A DNA stretch of 64,000 bases, taken from NCBI GenBank assembly GCA_041648575.1, contig JBAZOT010000005.1, forward strand, positions 17,161 through 81,160, read 5' to 3'. Made by a program: the position numbers and the translations under genes. Below are positions 47,758-59,292 of this stretch, piece after piece. This DNA comes from Patescibacteria group bacterium (lineage in GTDB: Bacteria; Patescibacteriota; Patescibacteriia; Veblenbacterales; UBA10138). Position 1 is the stretch's first letter; the number at the start of each line of letters is the position of its first letter. The notes under the pieces are model-generated. The model saw nothing but the letters and a program-made list of their open reading frames with translations, was not told the origin of the DNA and did no database searches.

Positions 47758-50700
47758 ATGAAAAGATTTATTCAGGTTTTTAATAGCCTAGTTGGTATTA
47801 TGGCTATAGCTTTTTTATTTTCACAGTTTGCTAATGCAACTGTGGAAGTTATTATTCATGATTTGGAGCAAGCAAGTAAAAAAGCAGCGGTTACATTATC
47901 AACTAATAATATTGATCAAGGAAAAGTTCTTGGTGTTACAAACGAAGTGGTGTTAGCAGCAACCACCCCGATACCTTGTGCTGATTGTGATACGCCTACA
48001 TATTACACTTTGACTGTTGCCAAAACTGGTTCGGGTACAGTTACCAGCTCGCCTGTTGAAATTAATTGCGGCAGTACCTGTTCAGCTATTTATACTTCGG
48101 GTGTAGCCGTAACACTTACAGCTACACCAGCGTCAGGTTTTGTTTTTAGCGGTTGGGGCGGGGTATGTAGCGGGACTGGTTCATGTACACTAACGATGAA
48201 TAGTAATAAGAACGTGACGGCGACGTTTGGTACGGCGACCAAATTGGTCACGCTCAACATTGCTCGAATTACCTCGCCAGCATATGGGACAGTTACCAGC
48301 TCGCCTGCTGGTATAAACTGTGGTGATATTTGTGGCGCGGTTTTTCCTGTAGGTACTGCCGTTACGCTAAAAGCATCTCCCGGACAGGGGTATATATTTA
48401 CGGGTTGGCGCGGTTGTCAGCCAGAAGGCCTTCAGCTCACCTGCACTGTAACATTGAACAGCGACACAACGGTGTCAGCCAATTTTGCTACTAACACCTT
48501 TTCTATAGATGTTTATAAAACAGGCACGGGCTCGGGTACCATAGTTAGTTCACCAGTTGGTATTAATTGCGGATCGGATTGTAATTCAGCAACTTTTAAA
48601 GGCACACCCGGTTCTTCGGTCACTTTTACAGCCACCGCAGTAGCTGGTTCAAAATTTTTAGGTTGGGGCGGGGCATGTATAGGTAACCAAACTAGTTGTA
48701 CGGTTATCTTAGCAGATCGTCCTACTAATCATTATCCTCGAGTGATGGCTAATTTTATACCCACCGATGTTCCGTTGGCTGATTTAATTATTACATCAGT
48801 AGAGATAAAGGGAATCCCTAAAGTTGGCGATTTTGGAATTAATGGCTGGGTTACTATTAAAAATCAAGGTAGTGGTACGGCAAAATTTCAAGTTCCAGTG
48901 GGCACAGAACACTATTTTGCTCCAAGTATATTAAATGTTTCAGTATTTAAATCGCAATTGGCGTCGGATTATGTTATGGTAGCCGGTTCTGGACCAGCCG
49001 CAGTCAGCACGGGTGACGGAACTATTATTGCGCCAGGCGAATCAAAAGAATATGATTTTTTCACCATGACTGATTCCAGATTATATACCAGGGATGATTT
49101 TCTAGGCACGGCTGGCGAAAAAACGTTATATTTTATGGTTGATATAGAAAATCTAGTAAGCGAATCTGATATTATTAATAATATTTACACAAAAAAATTT
49201 ACTGTTAGTGCGACTACATCATCTATCAGTTTAATAACTCCAAAAAGTGGAGAGGTGTGGCGCATAGGGAGTACGTATACAATTCAGTGGCAGAATAGTG
49301 ATGTCGCGCCAACTACTCGGAGCGTCCAACTGTATACTAATCCAGTTGGATCAGCCACGGTTTGCTTAATAGCGAATAGCGTACCCGATAGAGGTTCATA
49401 TACATGGACTATACCAACGACCATAGATAGAAATTGTTGGGGTACACATGTTTTGACCGTACTGCGCTTGGACGGCTCAAATATCAAAGGCCAAAGCGAG
49501 GTCTTTACCATAAGCAGTACCCCCAGCTCGATGTTTAAGATCGCCGAAATATCAACTTTCGCGCCATCTTATGTGCCAGGAGCCAATGTTAACTTTAAGG
49601 TGCGTGGCATTGAGCCCGATGGCACAGCTACGGCATATGAAGAGGGGTTCAGGGTAAGTGGCCAGATTTATTTTGGTAGTGAGCCATATACACCCGCAAG
49701 TCCACAAACTGTATCGTACGAGCCAACCGGCTGGTGGCAATTAACTCTTATTGCGCCAAGCAGCAATGGTAGCTACAAAATGCGTGTCGTGTTAAGCTGC
49801 TCGTTTGATACCGGTGTGGCCTGTGCTGAAAAGTATGGTACAGGTGGGCCGCAAGTGGAGCAAATGGTGCCGTTTATGGTTGGTACAACCTCGTCGGGTA
49901 TTAATATAATAACCCCGAATGGCGGGGAGCGGTGGGTGGTTGATAAAACATATACTATTGGTTGGAGTACTAAGGGTGTGCCAACATCGTATTACAACTC
50001 GTACCCGTTAATTGAGTTGGTTAGCGGTGATAGTAGCGATAGCGCAGTACTCACAAATTGGCGTTCTCAAGATAAATTTGCTAACAGTGATGATAGTCGT
50101 TTTGGGAGAACAAGTTTTACTGTTTCCAAAACGCTAGCGGGTAAAAATTTTTATGTGCGAGTGAGCGTGGGTGATAACACTGGTGGTTTAAGTTTCCGCG
50201 GTACGACAGCTGGTCAAGTAACAGTAGTTACTAGTCCTCCTTGGCGGGTGTGCGCCGGCTCTCCGGAAATGGTTCGTCGTTCAGCTCTCGGTACAGATGA
50301 ATTTGGACGTTTGGGGCTAGATATTTCTTCTCATCCAGAAATTTTGCGTTATCGCATTCAATGGTTCTCTGGTGGTTGGTCAGATTGGTACATACCAGGT
50401 GTAGATGATGTTGATTGGAAGACAGATGACATTACTAAACCGCATCGTGTTTGGGCATATTTTGGCGATCATAATCATGAGTTTGAGAAGTGCAGTACTA
50501 CAGTAGGGAATAAACCGGATTTCATAGTAGAAGATATAAATGTTGTTAATCGTTCAACAAGCGGTGAAAAGGTATTTTCGGTGAGATATAAAAATATTGG
50601 TAGCATAGCATTAGCCCAAATGCTGACTGTTGAATTAGTAGATACGGATACTGGCGATATATACTCGCAATCAATTGGTGGTGGCGATATACCATCTGGA

Positions 50701-52872
50701 TTTTCATATGATCTAGAGATGGCGCAAGCTATTCGTGAGCAGACCCGTGCTCGTTTTTACGTAAAGGCAAAAGTCGATTCTACGAATAAGTTTGTCGAAT
50801 CAAATGAAAATAATAATGAATTAACAAAGACTATATCTTTTACTCCTGTTACTAGTGGCAAAATTATTGATGATTCTAAAGCTGATAATGATCCAGTATT
50901 ATTGCGACGGTCTAACGGTGATTTGATAGTAGTTTATACTAGCGAACAAGCTGGAGCGAACATTGGTGCTGCTTATTCCAAAATATCTAAGGATAATGGC
51001 AAAACTTGGCAAGGTCCATATAAAATAGTTGATAGTTGGGGTAAGATAGATTTAATTGAAAATATTTCCAAACAATTAGTGGTGATAGCCACTGATTTAA
51101 CGCCCGGTAGAATTGGCGGCGGTTCAGTAACTTTAGTTTCTATTGATGGAGTAACCTGGACCAACCAGCGCCCAGTAACAGTAACGTCCTTAAATGATGG
51201 TTATGGCTCCATTGAGCAGTCGAGTGATGGTAGTTATTATGTTACTTTTAATGTTTCAAGCGGAGTTTGGCAGTCTTATATAACAAAATCTACAGATTTA
51301 ATTACCTGGGAAGCGGCTTGGCCAGTATCCGTTGATGGTGCACCAATTTATGGCTCATCAATAATGCAAGCGTCTGATGGGACATATTATTTAGTTGGTT
51401 ATACTTCTGTATTAGCTGATGAATCAACTATAACTCCAGCATTGGTGGCTTTACGTTCAACCGATGTCAAAAATTGGGTGAAAGATAATTCGGTAAATAT
51501 TTTAGCACACTCTACTATGGGACAGCATATGATCGAGATGCAAGGAATTCCCACATTATTTTATGCATTTGATCCGGCTTTTGGACAAGCCAGATTATAT
51601 TATGCATCTAAAAAAAGCAGTTGGAATTCACCACAGGTGGCAGCACATGGCCCATTTCCTTTTGGTGTAAGTTCTGTGGTTATGTCCGATGGTAGCGTGG
51701 CAATAGCTTATATGAAAGAAGTTAATGGACAGCGGGATATTTTCTTCCAAAATATAGGAGGATTGATAGTTGGTGGTACACCTGATCTTGTTGTTAGCAG
51801 TATTTCATTAGAACCCTCAGTTCCGGTTGTGGGTCAGGAAGTTATTATTAAAGCTGTGGTTAAAAATATTGGTACAGTAGATGCATTCATTCTTAATTCC
51901 CAACCCTTATCAGGACCAACTGCCAACTTAAAAATTAGTGGTTTTGGATATAATTATGTTGAAGGAACAGGTGGAGCAATTGGCACAAACGATAATCCCC
52001 CCATTAAACCAGGAAGCACGGCAACATATATTTTTGGAAAGCATTCTACTATAAAATTATCCAATATTGGGCCTTATAGTATCAGTGTGACAGCTGATGG
52101 TGGCTCAAGTGACGCTGGTGGCATTGGTGTGATTGACGAATCAAATGAAGGAAATAATACTTTAGTTAAGACAATTATTGTGGATAATAAGAAAGTTGAT
52201 TTAAAATCTATATCAGCGGAAGAGTCTGTGCAGCAAAGAATTCAACAATTAGAATATAAAGTTTCTGAACTGGAGCGACAATTAGTAGAAAACGAAAAGC
52301 AACTTGCTCAAAAAATTGATCAGCAATTAACCAACCGTGTAGCTGGAAAAATTCTTTTGCAGGTAGAAGGAAACGGTGAAGCTTGGTATGTAGATAAAGA
52401 TACTCAGAAAAAGTTTTATCTAAAAGATGGCAATACTGCTTATACTGCCCTGCAAGCTTTTGGCTTGGGTATTTCTAATGAGAATCTAGCCAAAATTCCA
52501 GTATCTACTTCAGAACAAGTGGTAGCAAAAGACAGCGATGGCGATGGCTTGGATGATCAATTTGAAACAGCTATTGGTACTAATCCAATGAATAAGGACA
52601 CAGATAATGATGGATATGATGATGGCATGGAAATATCTAGTGGTTATTCGCCATTGGGACCAGGTAAAACAACAGTTGATGCAAGTTTAGTTAAAAGATT
52701 AGAAGGAAAAATAATTTTGGCAGTTAATAAGCACGGCGAAGCGTTTTATATTAGTAACGGAATAGCGCATTACTTAAAAGATGGCGCCTCGGCTTATCAA
52801 ATAATGCGTAATCAATCATTGGGTATTACTAATAACGATCTACGTAAAATTCAGGTGGGTGAATTTGAATAA
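47758..52872 (+). CDS. Giant secreted modular surface protein 1 (3 InlB-B-like Cys repeats, CARDB-like domains, BNR/sialidase-like propeller, conserved C-terminal module)
   Basis: Signal peptide; GTVTSSP.INCG..C repeats; DL.I..I..KN.G...ES.E.NN; SKDNGKTW/SIDGVTW Asp-boxes; DSDGDG Ca-binding motifs. Confidence 0.88.
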   Translation: MKRFIQVFNSLVGIMAIAFLFSQFANATVEVIIHDLEQASKKAAVTLSTNNIDQGKVLGVTNEVVLAATTPIPCADCDTPTYYTLTVAKTGSGTVTSSPVEINCGSTCSAIYTSGVAVTLTATPASGFVFSGWGGVCSGTGSCTLTMNSNKNVTATFGTATKLVTLNIARITSPAYGTVTSSPAGINCGDICGAVFPVGTAVTLKASPGQGYIFTGWRGCQPEGLQLTCTVTLNSDTTVSANFATNTFSIDVYKTGTGSGTIVSSPVGINCGSDCNSATFKGTPGSSVTFTATAVAGSKFLGWGGACIGNQTSCTVILADRPTNHYPRVMANFIPTDVPLADLIITSVEIKGIPKVGDFGINGWVTIKNQGSGTAKFQVPVGTEHYFAPSILNVSVFKSQLASDYVMVAGSGPAAVSTGDGTIIAPGESKEYDFFTMTDSRLYTRDDFLGTAGEKTLYFMVDIENLVSESDIINNIYTKKFTVSATTSSISLITPKSGEVWRIGSTYTIQWQNSDVAPTTRSVQLYTNPVGSATVCLIANSVPDRGSYTWTIPTTIDRNCWGTHVLTVLRLDGSNIKGQSEVFTISSTPSSMFKIAEISTFAPSYVPGANVNFKVRGIEPDGTATAYEEGFRVSGQIYFGSEPYTPASPQTVSYEPTGWWQLTLIAPSSNGSYKMRVVLSCSFDTGVACAEKYGTGGPQVEQMVPFMVGTTSSGINIITPNGGERWVVDKTYTIGWSTKGVPTSYYNSYPLIELVSGDSSDSAVLTNWRSQDKFANSDDSRFGRTSFTVSKTLAGKNFYVRVSVGDNTGGLSFRGTTAGQVTVVTSPPWRVCAGSPEMVRRSALGTDEFGRLGLDISSHPEILRYRIQWFSGGWSDWYIPGVDDVDWKTDDITKPHRVWAYFGDHNHEFEKCSTTVGNKPDFIVEDINVVNRSTSGEKVFSVRYKNIGSIALAQMLTVELVDTDTGDIYSQSIGGGDIPSGFSYDLEMAQAIREQTRARFYVKAKVDSTNKFVESNENNNELTKTISFTPVTSGKIIDDSKADNDPVLLRRSNGDLIVVYTSEQAGANIGAAYSKISKDNGKTWQGPYKIVDSWGKIDLIENISKQLVVIATDLTPGRIGGGSVTLVSIDGVTWTNQRPVTVTSLNDGYGSIEQSSDGSYYVTFNVSSGVWQSYITKSTDLITWEAAWPVSVDGAPIYGSSIMQASDGTYYLVGYTSVLADESTITPALVALRSTDVKNWVKDNSVNILAHSTMGQHMIEMQGIPTLFYAFDPAFGQARLYYASKKSSWNSPQVAAHGPFPFGVSSVVMSDGSVAIAYMKEVNGQRDIFFQNIGGLIVGGTPDLVVSSISLEPSVPVVGQEVIIKAVVKNIGTVDAFILNSQPLSGPTANLKISGFGYNYVEGTGGAIGTNDNPPIKPGSTATYIFGKHSTIKLSNIGPYSISVTADGGSSDAGGIGVIDESNEGNNTLVKTIIVDNKKVDLKSISAEESVQQRIQQLEYKVSELERQLVENEKQLAQKIDQQLTNRVAGKILLQVEGNGEAWYVDKDTQKKFYLKDGNTAYTALQAFGLGISNENLAKIPVSTSEQVVAKDSDGDGLDDQFETAIGTNPMNKDTDNDGYDDGMEISSGYSPLGPGKTTVDASLVKRLEGKIILAVNKHGEAFYISNGIAHYLKDGASAYQIMRNQSLGITNNDLRKIQVGEFE

Positions 52873-52881
52873 CACCTGATT
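52421..52881 (+). repeat. 3'-end module duplicated at 58841-59301
   Basis: Colinear at offset 6420; identity runs past the stop (TAACACCTGATT). Confidence 0.92.
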
Positions 52882-52893
52882 AAAATTAAATAT

Positions 52894-55800
52894 ATGCATA
52901 AAAAACTTTTAATTATCCTAATATTTGGCGTTGTTTTGATTGGCGGTCTTTGGTTTGGTAATAATCCAGATTTTTGGTTTGCTTATAAAATAATTTTCCA
53001 ACCAAACGCACGGGTGGCGGGGGTGCAATTAGTGGTGGATACATCTGCAATTTCTATAATTAATCCAGCTAATGGTGTTAATTTTTTAGTTGGCACTGTA
53101 CCGGTTGTTATGGATATTACTAACACAACAAGCGTGAGAGAGTTTTTATGGAATTGGAATAATCAAAGCTATACCATATACAACAATTCTTTGGTGGCCA
53201 TGTTTAATTTTGACAACATTACCGCCTTAGGCGAAAGTTTATCATCTACTACCGTAACCGATGCTTCTTTGTATGCTAACAAAGGAACTTGTACTAATTT
53301 AGGTACGGGGTGCCCTTGGGCAACTGGGAAATATGGCCAGGCGATGAATTTTACAGGCACAACAGGAAATATTTTAATTAACACTAGCTCTAGTCTTAAT
53401 GCCTTGAGTAGACATACAGTAGAATTGTGGGTTAACTCTAGAAGCAATTCTCTTCTCTCTACTATATTTAATAAAATGGGAGAAGGTGAAGGATTTAGAA
53501 TTACTAAGCTTTCTGATGGAAGAATTGCTTACGATCTCGCCAATGGGCGGGGGTTAGGAGCCACTCAACTTATTTCCAATCAAGCAATTCCTATAAATAT
53601 CTGGACCCATATTGTAGTTGCCTATGATGGAACTGTACAACGTATGTATATTAATGGCGCTCTTCAATCTGGTTCTATTAACACCACAGCTTTTGTTTCC
53701 AATACCTTTAGTCCACTTGAGATCGGTTATGCTAGCTGTTGCGGAATTCTTAATGGATACAACGGGTTATTGGATGAAGTAAAAGTATGGAATAGGGCAC
53801 TAAGCGTAGCTGAAATTCAACAAGCCTACGCCTCCGCCCTTAGAAAATATGATACTAATAAATGGAGTTTTGAAAGTATACAAACAAATCTTTCCAGTGG
53901 TACTTATACACTCTCAGCTTCTGTGACAGATACTTTGGGTAATACAAACTCATCTAGTATACAAACTATTACAGTAAATTCTTCACTGCCTGCTGATACT
54001 CAATCCCCCTCTACGCCAACAGGATTAACCATAACAACCATATCCTCATCTCAACTTAATCTTGCTTGGGCTGCTGCTACTGATAATGTTGGTGTGGCAG
54101 GATATCGTATTTACCGAGGCGGCAGTCAAATAGGAACTTCAAATACTGCCTCGTATTCCAACACTGGCCTTACTGCCGCTACCACCTATAGCTATACTGT
54201 GTCTGCTTATGATGCGGCTGGAAATATATCTTCTCAATCTGCCTCTGTTTCTGGAACGACGCAATCAGTTTTGTTATCGGGAGCGATAATCGTGGATCAT
54301 GCTTCTGTTGATCGATTCAGCCAGATTCCTGCTTCAGTAATACAATCTGCTCGTAATTTAAGATCTCTGCTTAGGCACGCATCTGTTGGCGGAAATATTA
54401 ATGATGGGTTAAATGATTTATATAATCAAAATACGATTTATAATAGGAATCAATGGTCATTCCAGAATAGGGGTAATGATGGCGGGGTTGCAAAAATTAA
54501 CGATTTTATAAGCCAAGTTCAAATTCAAAGTGGAAATTATGATATTTTTGCAATGAAATTCTGTTTTATTGATATAGATGTGTCTACGCTTTATGCACAA
54601 TATAGAGACGCGATGTTGCAATTAGAAAGGAATTATCCTAATAAAAAGTTTGTGTGGTGGACACAGCCCTTGAGAGATGGTGGTCCGCCAGCTCAGGTAA
54701 TTCAGGCTTTTAACAATAACGTAAGAAGTTATGCGGCACAGAATAACAAGATACTTTATGATATAGCTGCTATTGAATCTCATCGCGCAGACGGAACTTT
54801 GTGTACTTCAAATGGTTATGAAGTGCCATGTACTGAATGGTCGCGTATTCCTGATGGTGTTAGTGATGGCAGTCACTTAGGAGTAGCTGGTCGTCAGAGA
54901 GCCGCAAAAGCACATTGGTATTTAATGGCTCGACTTACAGGGTGGAGCCCAGATTCGCTTTCTATCGACACCCAATCTCCTTCTACTCCCACGGGACTTA
55001 CTGTAACTCCCATCTCCTCGTCTCAACTCAATCTCTCTTGGACTGCTTCTACTGATAGTGTAGGTGTAGTTGGGTACCGTATTTATCGAAGTGGCACTCA
55101 AATAGGAATTTCAAATACTACCTCGTATTCCAATACTGGCCTTACTGCCGTTACCACCTACAGTTATGCTGTTTCTGCTTACGATGCCGCAGGAAATATT
55201 TCTTCCCAATCCGCCGCCGTTTCTGGAACAACACGGGTGGTTGCAAGCGATATTATAGCCCCAGTTGTTTCTGTTATTGCTCCTGTAAGCGGATTTACGG
55301 CCTCTGGAACAATTACATTATCTGCTTCCGCTACTGATAACGTAGGTGTGGCAAGTGTTCAATTCCGCGTAGCTGGCTTAAATGTTGGTTCTGAAGATAC
55401 TGTCTCGCCTTATTCTATTTCTTGGAATTCTGCTTCGATGGTTAATGGTTCTCATCTAATAACCGCTGTGGCACGGGATGCAGCAGGGAATTCTGCTGTT
55501 TCTCTTTCTGTTTCAATTATAGTTTCAAACACAATTGTCGCAGTAAATTTTAAAAACGTGAATCATACATATCCCCGTATCGGATTATTGCAATGGGGCG
55601 GAGGAAATGTGGATTGGTTTTGTCGGTATGATTTAGTGATGCTTCCAGAGGTAGAAACATATAAAGCACGGCAGATGCAGACGCGATGCCCGTCTACCTA
55701 TATGATCGCAACGAATGACTGGACACAAGGAGGTATTTTTCAGCCTCCGGGCCACGCGGATGTATTACCTGATGTATGGTATCAAAAACAATCTACTGGT

Positions 55801-58800
55801 GTACGCGTGCCTACCGGGACTAGGGGAATGATGAATTTTACTAAGTACACGCCGAAATACACGGGTTATATTAGTAGTCCAGCGTTTGTCGATTTTGAAA
55901 TGCCAACCAGTATTTATATTGATAATAAAACTTATACCGAGGCAATTTCCGATGCATTTTTGGATTATGTGGATTGGAGCGCATGGGATGGAATCAACAG
56001 TGATGGATCATGGCCATTCCCTTATAACAGTGGGGATATAGATCTGAATGGGAACGGTATCAACGATTGGCCCGAAAATGGTTGTGCAGTTCCATGCACA
56101 AGTGGTAGTACTGGTTTTGAGCAGGCGTATTTAGCGATTCAGAAAGAATGGATTATTGGCAACGAAGCGCTGGTTCAGTCCATTCGCGACAAAATGCAAC
56201 AAAAATTGGGTGGGCAGAAAATAATCACATACTGGACGATTAGTAATTCTGATCCAGCGCATGGTTCATTAATGAATGCAAGTCTTGTAAATGGTGTAGG
56301 ATGGGAAATGGCGTCCTATATGCCAGGGACCAATTGGAATAATTTTATTCGGAATAACGCTGCATTCAATACTTTAAGCAGGAGTCCGAAAATTAACTGG
56401 GTGAATAGTACAATTTTGGGAGATGAGGCAAACGCTCCTGTCGGAAATCCCAAGAATTATTTTAGATTTATGAGATATATGCTCACTCAGACACTACGAG
56501 GAGATAATTATTTCATGCAGGAAGACGGAGGGCGTTTTCTGGATCGTGTTGGATGGAACCCGTATAACGAACATTACTGGCAGAATTGGTATGACGAATT
56601 TGACACAAATCTCGGTTATCCCACAGGATCGGCACAGAGTCTTGGCAACGGTACATGGATCCGGTTCTTTGATAATGGTGTTTCAATAACGAACCCCACT
56701 ACTGCCACACAGACCGTAACGGACACAAATCTTCGGACACTTGCCGGATACAGCGGGCCCTACTATCGGTTCAGAGGAAATCAGGATCCCACCTGGAATA
56801 ATGGTCAATTATTTAGCTCGGTTACTTTGATTTCTAGTGCGGCCGCAGGAAGCGTTTCTCCGGTAGGTGACGGAATCTTGTTGTTCCGAACGCCCACAAC
56901 TGTTGTTTCTGATGTGATTATTGATAATGCATATACAGGGACTTCTCCGGGATCTCCAACTGCCGTTATGACTGGATTTTCATGGGATGAAGCAGCTAGC
57001 GTCAACTATAAGCATCCATCTTATTATGTTGGTTGGAGAACAGACGGGGATTCCATAACCCATAAACAGCATTATGCTTCCGCGGGTAGTGGTTCAGCGA
57101 CTGCAGTATTTCGTCCCACAATTAATGTACCGGGGCAATACCGTGTGTATGAATGGCACGGGTGGTATGGAGTCAATCAAACAAACATGGAAGCCACCAA
57201 TGTTCCTGCCTCGATTGTGCATTCTGGAGGAACTGCCAATCTGGCTATTAATCAACGCGTAAACCCTGGTCAATGGAATTTGCTCGGAACATATTCTTTT
57301 AATAACACCCACGCTTCTGTAACAATTACAAACAATGCCAATGGCTATGTTTTGGCGGATGCATTTAAATTTGTATACGCTGGTTCAACTAATAGTTCTG
57401 ATACCACCCCACCAACAATTTCTATCGCCAGTCCTGTAGCCAATCAATTTTTTACAACTAATTCAGCAGCTGTTTCAGGCACTGCGTTTGACAATACATC
57501 AGTTTCTTTAGTCCGAGTGCGTGTTAATGGAGGAACTTGGCAAACTGCTTCTGGAACAGCATCTTGGAACGTTACTCTGGCTCTATCTTCAGGTAGTAAC
57601 ATAATTGAAGCGCAAGCTATTGATGGTTCAACTCTTAATTCAGCCATACAGAGCGTAAACGTGATTTACAATGTGACATCATCACCAGTTGATACCACTC
57701 TACCAATCATATTTATTACAGCACCAACATCAAACCAAATATTTAGTACTTCAACTATTACAGTTTCTGGTACAGCCTCAGATAATATGGCAGTTTCATC
57801 TGTACGAGTTAGAGTGAATGGATCGGCCTGGCAAACTGCCACTGGCACAACCTCTTGGCATACTACTTTAACTTTATCTTCAGGTAGCAACATTATAGAA
57901 CTGCAAGCTATTGATAGTTCTGAATTAATATCAACAATTATCAGCCGGACAGTTATATACCAAATACTCGATACTGTTTCGCCAGAAGTTTCTATTACTG
58001 AACCTTTGACTGATTCTATAATTTCTGGCTCAAATGTAACTATATCAGCAACCGCTACTGATAATGTAGGTGTGGTTGGCGTTCAGTTTCAACTTAATGG
58101 TACTAATTTAGGAACTGAATTAGCAGTTAATCCTTATACTATAAATTGGGATACAACTGGTGCTATTGATAAAACATATACATTAATAGCAGTAGCCAGA
58201 GATGCTGCAGGTAATCAAACGGTATCTTCCGCAATTAGTTTTATAGTAAAAAATATTATACCAGTACGCCCTTTATTAGAAGACGAAATTCTACCAATAA
58301 TTATTATTTATTCACCTAAAACTGGCTCTATCGTGTCTAATATTATTACTCTGTTTGCTAAAGCGTTCGATAATGTTGGTGTAGCTGATGTTCAATTTAA
58401 ATTAAATGGTGTTGATATTGGAAATAAAATTACTACTAGCCCGTATACTATCAAATGGGACACAACTCAAAGTACTAATGGTCAGTATCCTATTACTGCT
58501 GTAGCCAGTGATGCTGTTGGAAATAAAGCCACTTCTACATCTGTAATAGTGGTAGTTAATAATATACCAATCAAAACAACCGGCGGTGGAGGTGGAAGTA
58601 TTACAGTTGATTCAAAGTCTAATATTTTTATTCCTGCGCCAGCTACTCAAAAAAATCCTACTTTTTTTGCTACTCCTGTTATTCCCGCAACATCAATAGC
58701 TGTTGTGGCGCAAGAAAAATTGGTTAGCAAGGCTATTGATACTAAACTCACCAATCGTCTTAAAGGGCGTATTTTGCTTCAAGTTGAAAATCATGGCTAT

Positions 58801-59292
58801 GCTTGGTATTTAGATCCTAAAACTGGTAAACGTTTTTACTTAAAAGATGGTAATACCGCTTATACTGCCTTGCAAGCTTTTGGCTTGGGTATTTCCAATG
58901 AAAATTTAGCCAAAATTCCAGTATCCACCTCAGAGCAAGTTATAGCTAAAGACAGTGATAGTGACGATTTGGATGATCAATTTGAAACAGCTATTGGTAC
59001 TGATCCAAATAATAAAGATACAGACGGCGATAGTTATGAAGACGGTATGGAAGTAGCCAGTGGTTATTCACCATTGGGCGCAGGCAAACCCGCGATTGAT
59101 GCTAATTTGGTTAAGAGGTTAGAAGGAAGAATAATTTTGGCAGTTAATAAGCACGGCGAAGCGTTTTATATTAGCAATGGAATAGCGCATTACTTAAAAG
59201 ATGGCGCTTCAGCTTATCAAATAATGCGCAACCAATCATTGGGCATTACTAATGACGATTTAAGAAAAATTCAGGTGGGTGAATTTGAATAA
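52894..59292 (+). CDS. Giant modular surface protein 2 (LamG, FN3 x2, hydrolase-like domain, Ig-like repeats, putative glycoside hydrolase, CBM-like domain, conserved C-terminal module)
   Basis: N-terminal TM/signal; WTHIVVAYDG..YING..LDEVKVWNRALS; DTQSPSTP..W...DNVGV.GY FN3; ARDAAGN Ig repeats; IIDN..Y.VYEW..ADAFKF. Confidence 0.88.
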   Translation: MHKKLLIILIFGVVLIGGLWFGNNPDFWFAYKIIFQPNARVAGVQLVVDTSAISIINPANGVNFLVGTVPVVMDITNTTSVREFLWNWNNQSYTIYNNSLVAMFNFDNITALGESLSSTTVTDASLYANKGTCTNLGTGCPWATGKYGQAMNFTGTTGNILINTSSSLNALSRHTVELWVNSRSNSLLSTIFNKMGEGEGFRITKLSDGRIAYDLANGRGLGATQLISNQAIPINIWTHIVVAYDGTVQRMYINGALQSGSINTTAFVSNTFSPLEIGYASCCGILNGYNGLLDEVKVWNRALSVAEIQQAYASALRKYDTNKWSFESIQTNLSSGTYTLSASVTDTLGNTNSSSIQTITVNSSLPADTQSPSTPTGLTITTISSSQLNLAWAAATDNVGVAGYRIYRGGSQIGTSNTASYSNTGLTAATTYSYTVSAYDAAGNISSQSASVSGTTQSVLLSGAIIVDHASVDRFSQIPASVIQSARNLRSLLRHASVGGNINDGLNDLYNQNTIYNRNQWSFQNRGNDGGVAKINDFISQVQIQSGNYDIFAMKFCFIDIDVSTLYAQYRDAMLQLERNYPNKKFVWWTQPLRDGGPPAQVIQAFNNNVRSYAAQNNKILYDIAAIESHRADGTLCTSNGYEVPCTEWSRIPDGVSDGSHLGVAGRQRAAKAHWYLMARLTGWSPDSLSIDTQSPSTPTGLTVTPISSSQLNLSWTASTDSVGVVGYRIYRSGTQIGISNTTSYSNTGLTAVTTYSYAVSAYDAAGNISSQSAAVSGTTRVVASDIIAPVVSVIAPVSGFTASGTITLSASATDNVGVASVQFRVAGLNVGSEDTVSPYSISWNSASMVNGSHLITAVARDAAGNSAVSLSVSIIVSNTIVAVNFKNVNHTYPRIGLLQWGGGNVDWFCRYDLVMLPEVETYKARQMQTRCPSTYMIATNDWTQGGIFQPPGHADVLPDVWYQKQSTGVRVPTGTRGMMNFTKYTPKYTGYISSPAFVDFEMPTSIYIDNKTYTEAISDAFLDYVDWSAWDGINSDGSWPFPYNSGDIDLNGNGINDWPENGCAVPCTSGSTGFEQAYLAIQKEWIIGNEALVQSIRDKMQQKLGGQKIITYWTISNSDPAHGSLMNASLVNGVGWEMASYMPGTNWNNFIRNNAAFNTLSRSPKINWVNSTILGDEANAPVGNPKNYFRFMRYMLTQTLRGDNYFMQEDGGRFLDRVGWNPYNEHYWQNWYDEFDTNLGYPTGSAQSLGNGTWIRFFDNGVSITNPTTATQTVTDTNLRTLAGYSGPYYRFRGNQDPTWNNGQLFSSVTLISSAAAGSVSPVGDGILLFRTPTTVVSDVIIDNAYTGTSPGSPTAVMTGFSWDEAASVNYKHPSYYVGWRTDGDSITHKQHYASAGSGSATAVFRPTINVPGQYRVYEWHGWYGVNQTNMEATNVPASIVHSGGTANLAINQRVNPGQWNLLGTYSFNNTHASVTITNNANGYVLADAFKFVYAGSTNSSDTTPPTISIASPVANQFFTTNSAAVSGTAFDNTSVSLVRVRVNGGTWQTASGTASWNVTLALSSGSNIIEAQAIDGSTLNSAIQSVNVIYNVTSSPVDTTLPIIFITAPTSNQIFSTSTITVSGTASDNMAVSSVRVRVNGSAWQTATGTTSWHTTLTLSSGSNIIELQAIDSSELISTIISRTVIYQILDTVSPEVSITEPLTDSIISGSNVTISATATDNVGVVGVQFQLNGTNLGTELAVNPYTINWDTTGAIDKTYTLIAVARDAAGNQTVSSAISFIVKNIIPVRPLLEDEILPIIIIYSPKTGSIVSNIITLFAKAFDNVGVADVQFKLNGVDIGNKITTSPYTIKWDTTQSTNGQYPITAVASDAVGNKATSTSVIVVVNNIPIKTTGGGGGSITVDSKSNIFIPAPATQKNPTFFATPVIPATSIAVVAQEKLVSKAIDTKLTNRLKGRILLQVENHGYAWYLDPKTGKRFYLKDGNTAYTALQAFGLGISNENLAKIPVSTSEQVIAKDSDSDDLDDQFETAIGTDPNNKDTDGDSYEDGMEVASGYSPLGAGKPAIDANLVKRLEGRIILAVNKHGEAFYISNGIAHYLKDGASAYQIMRNQSLGITNDDLRKIQVGEFE

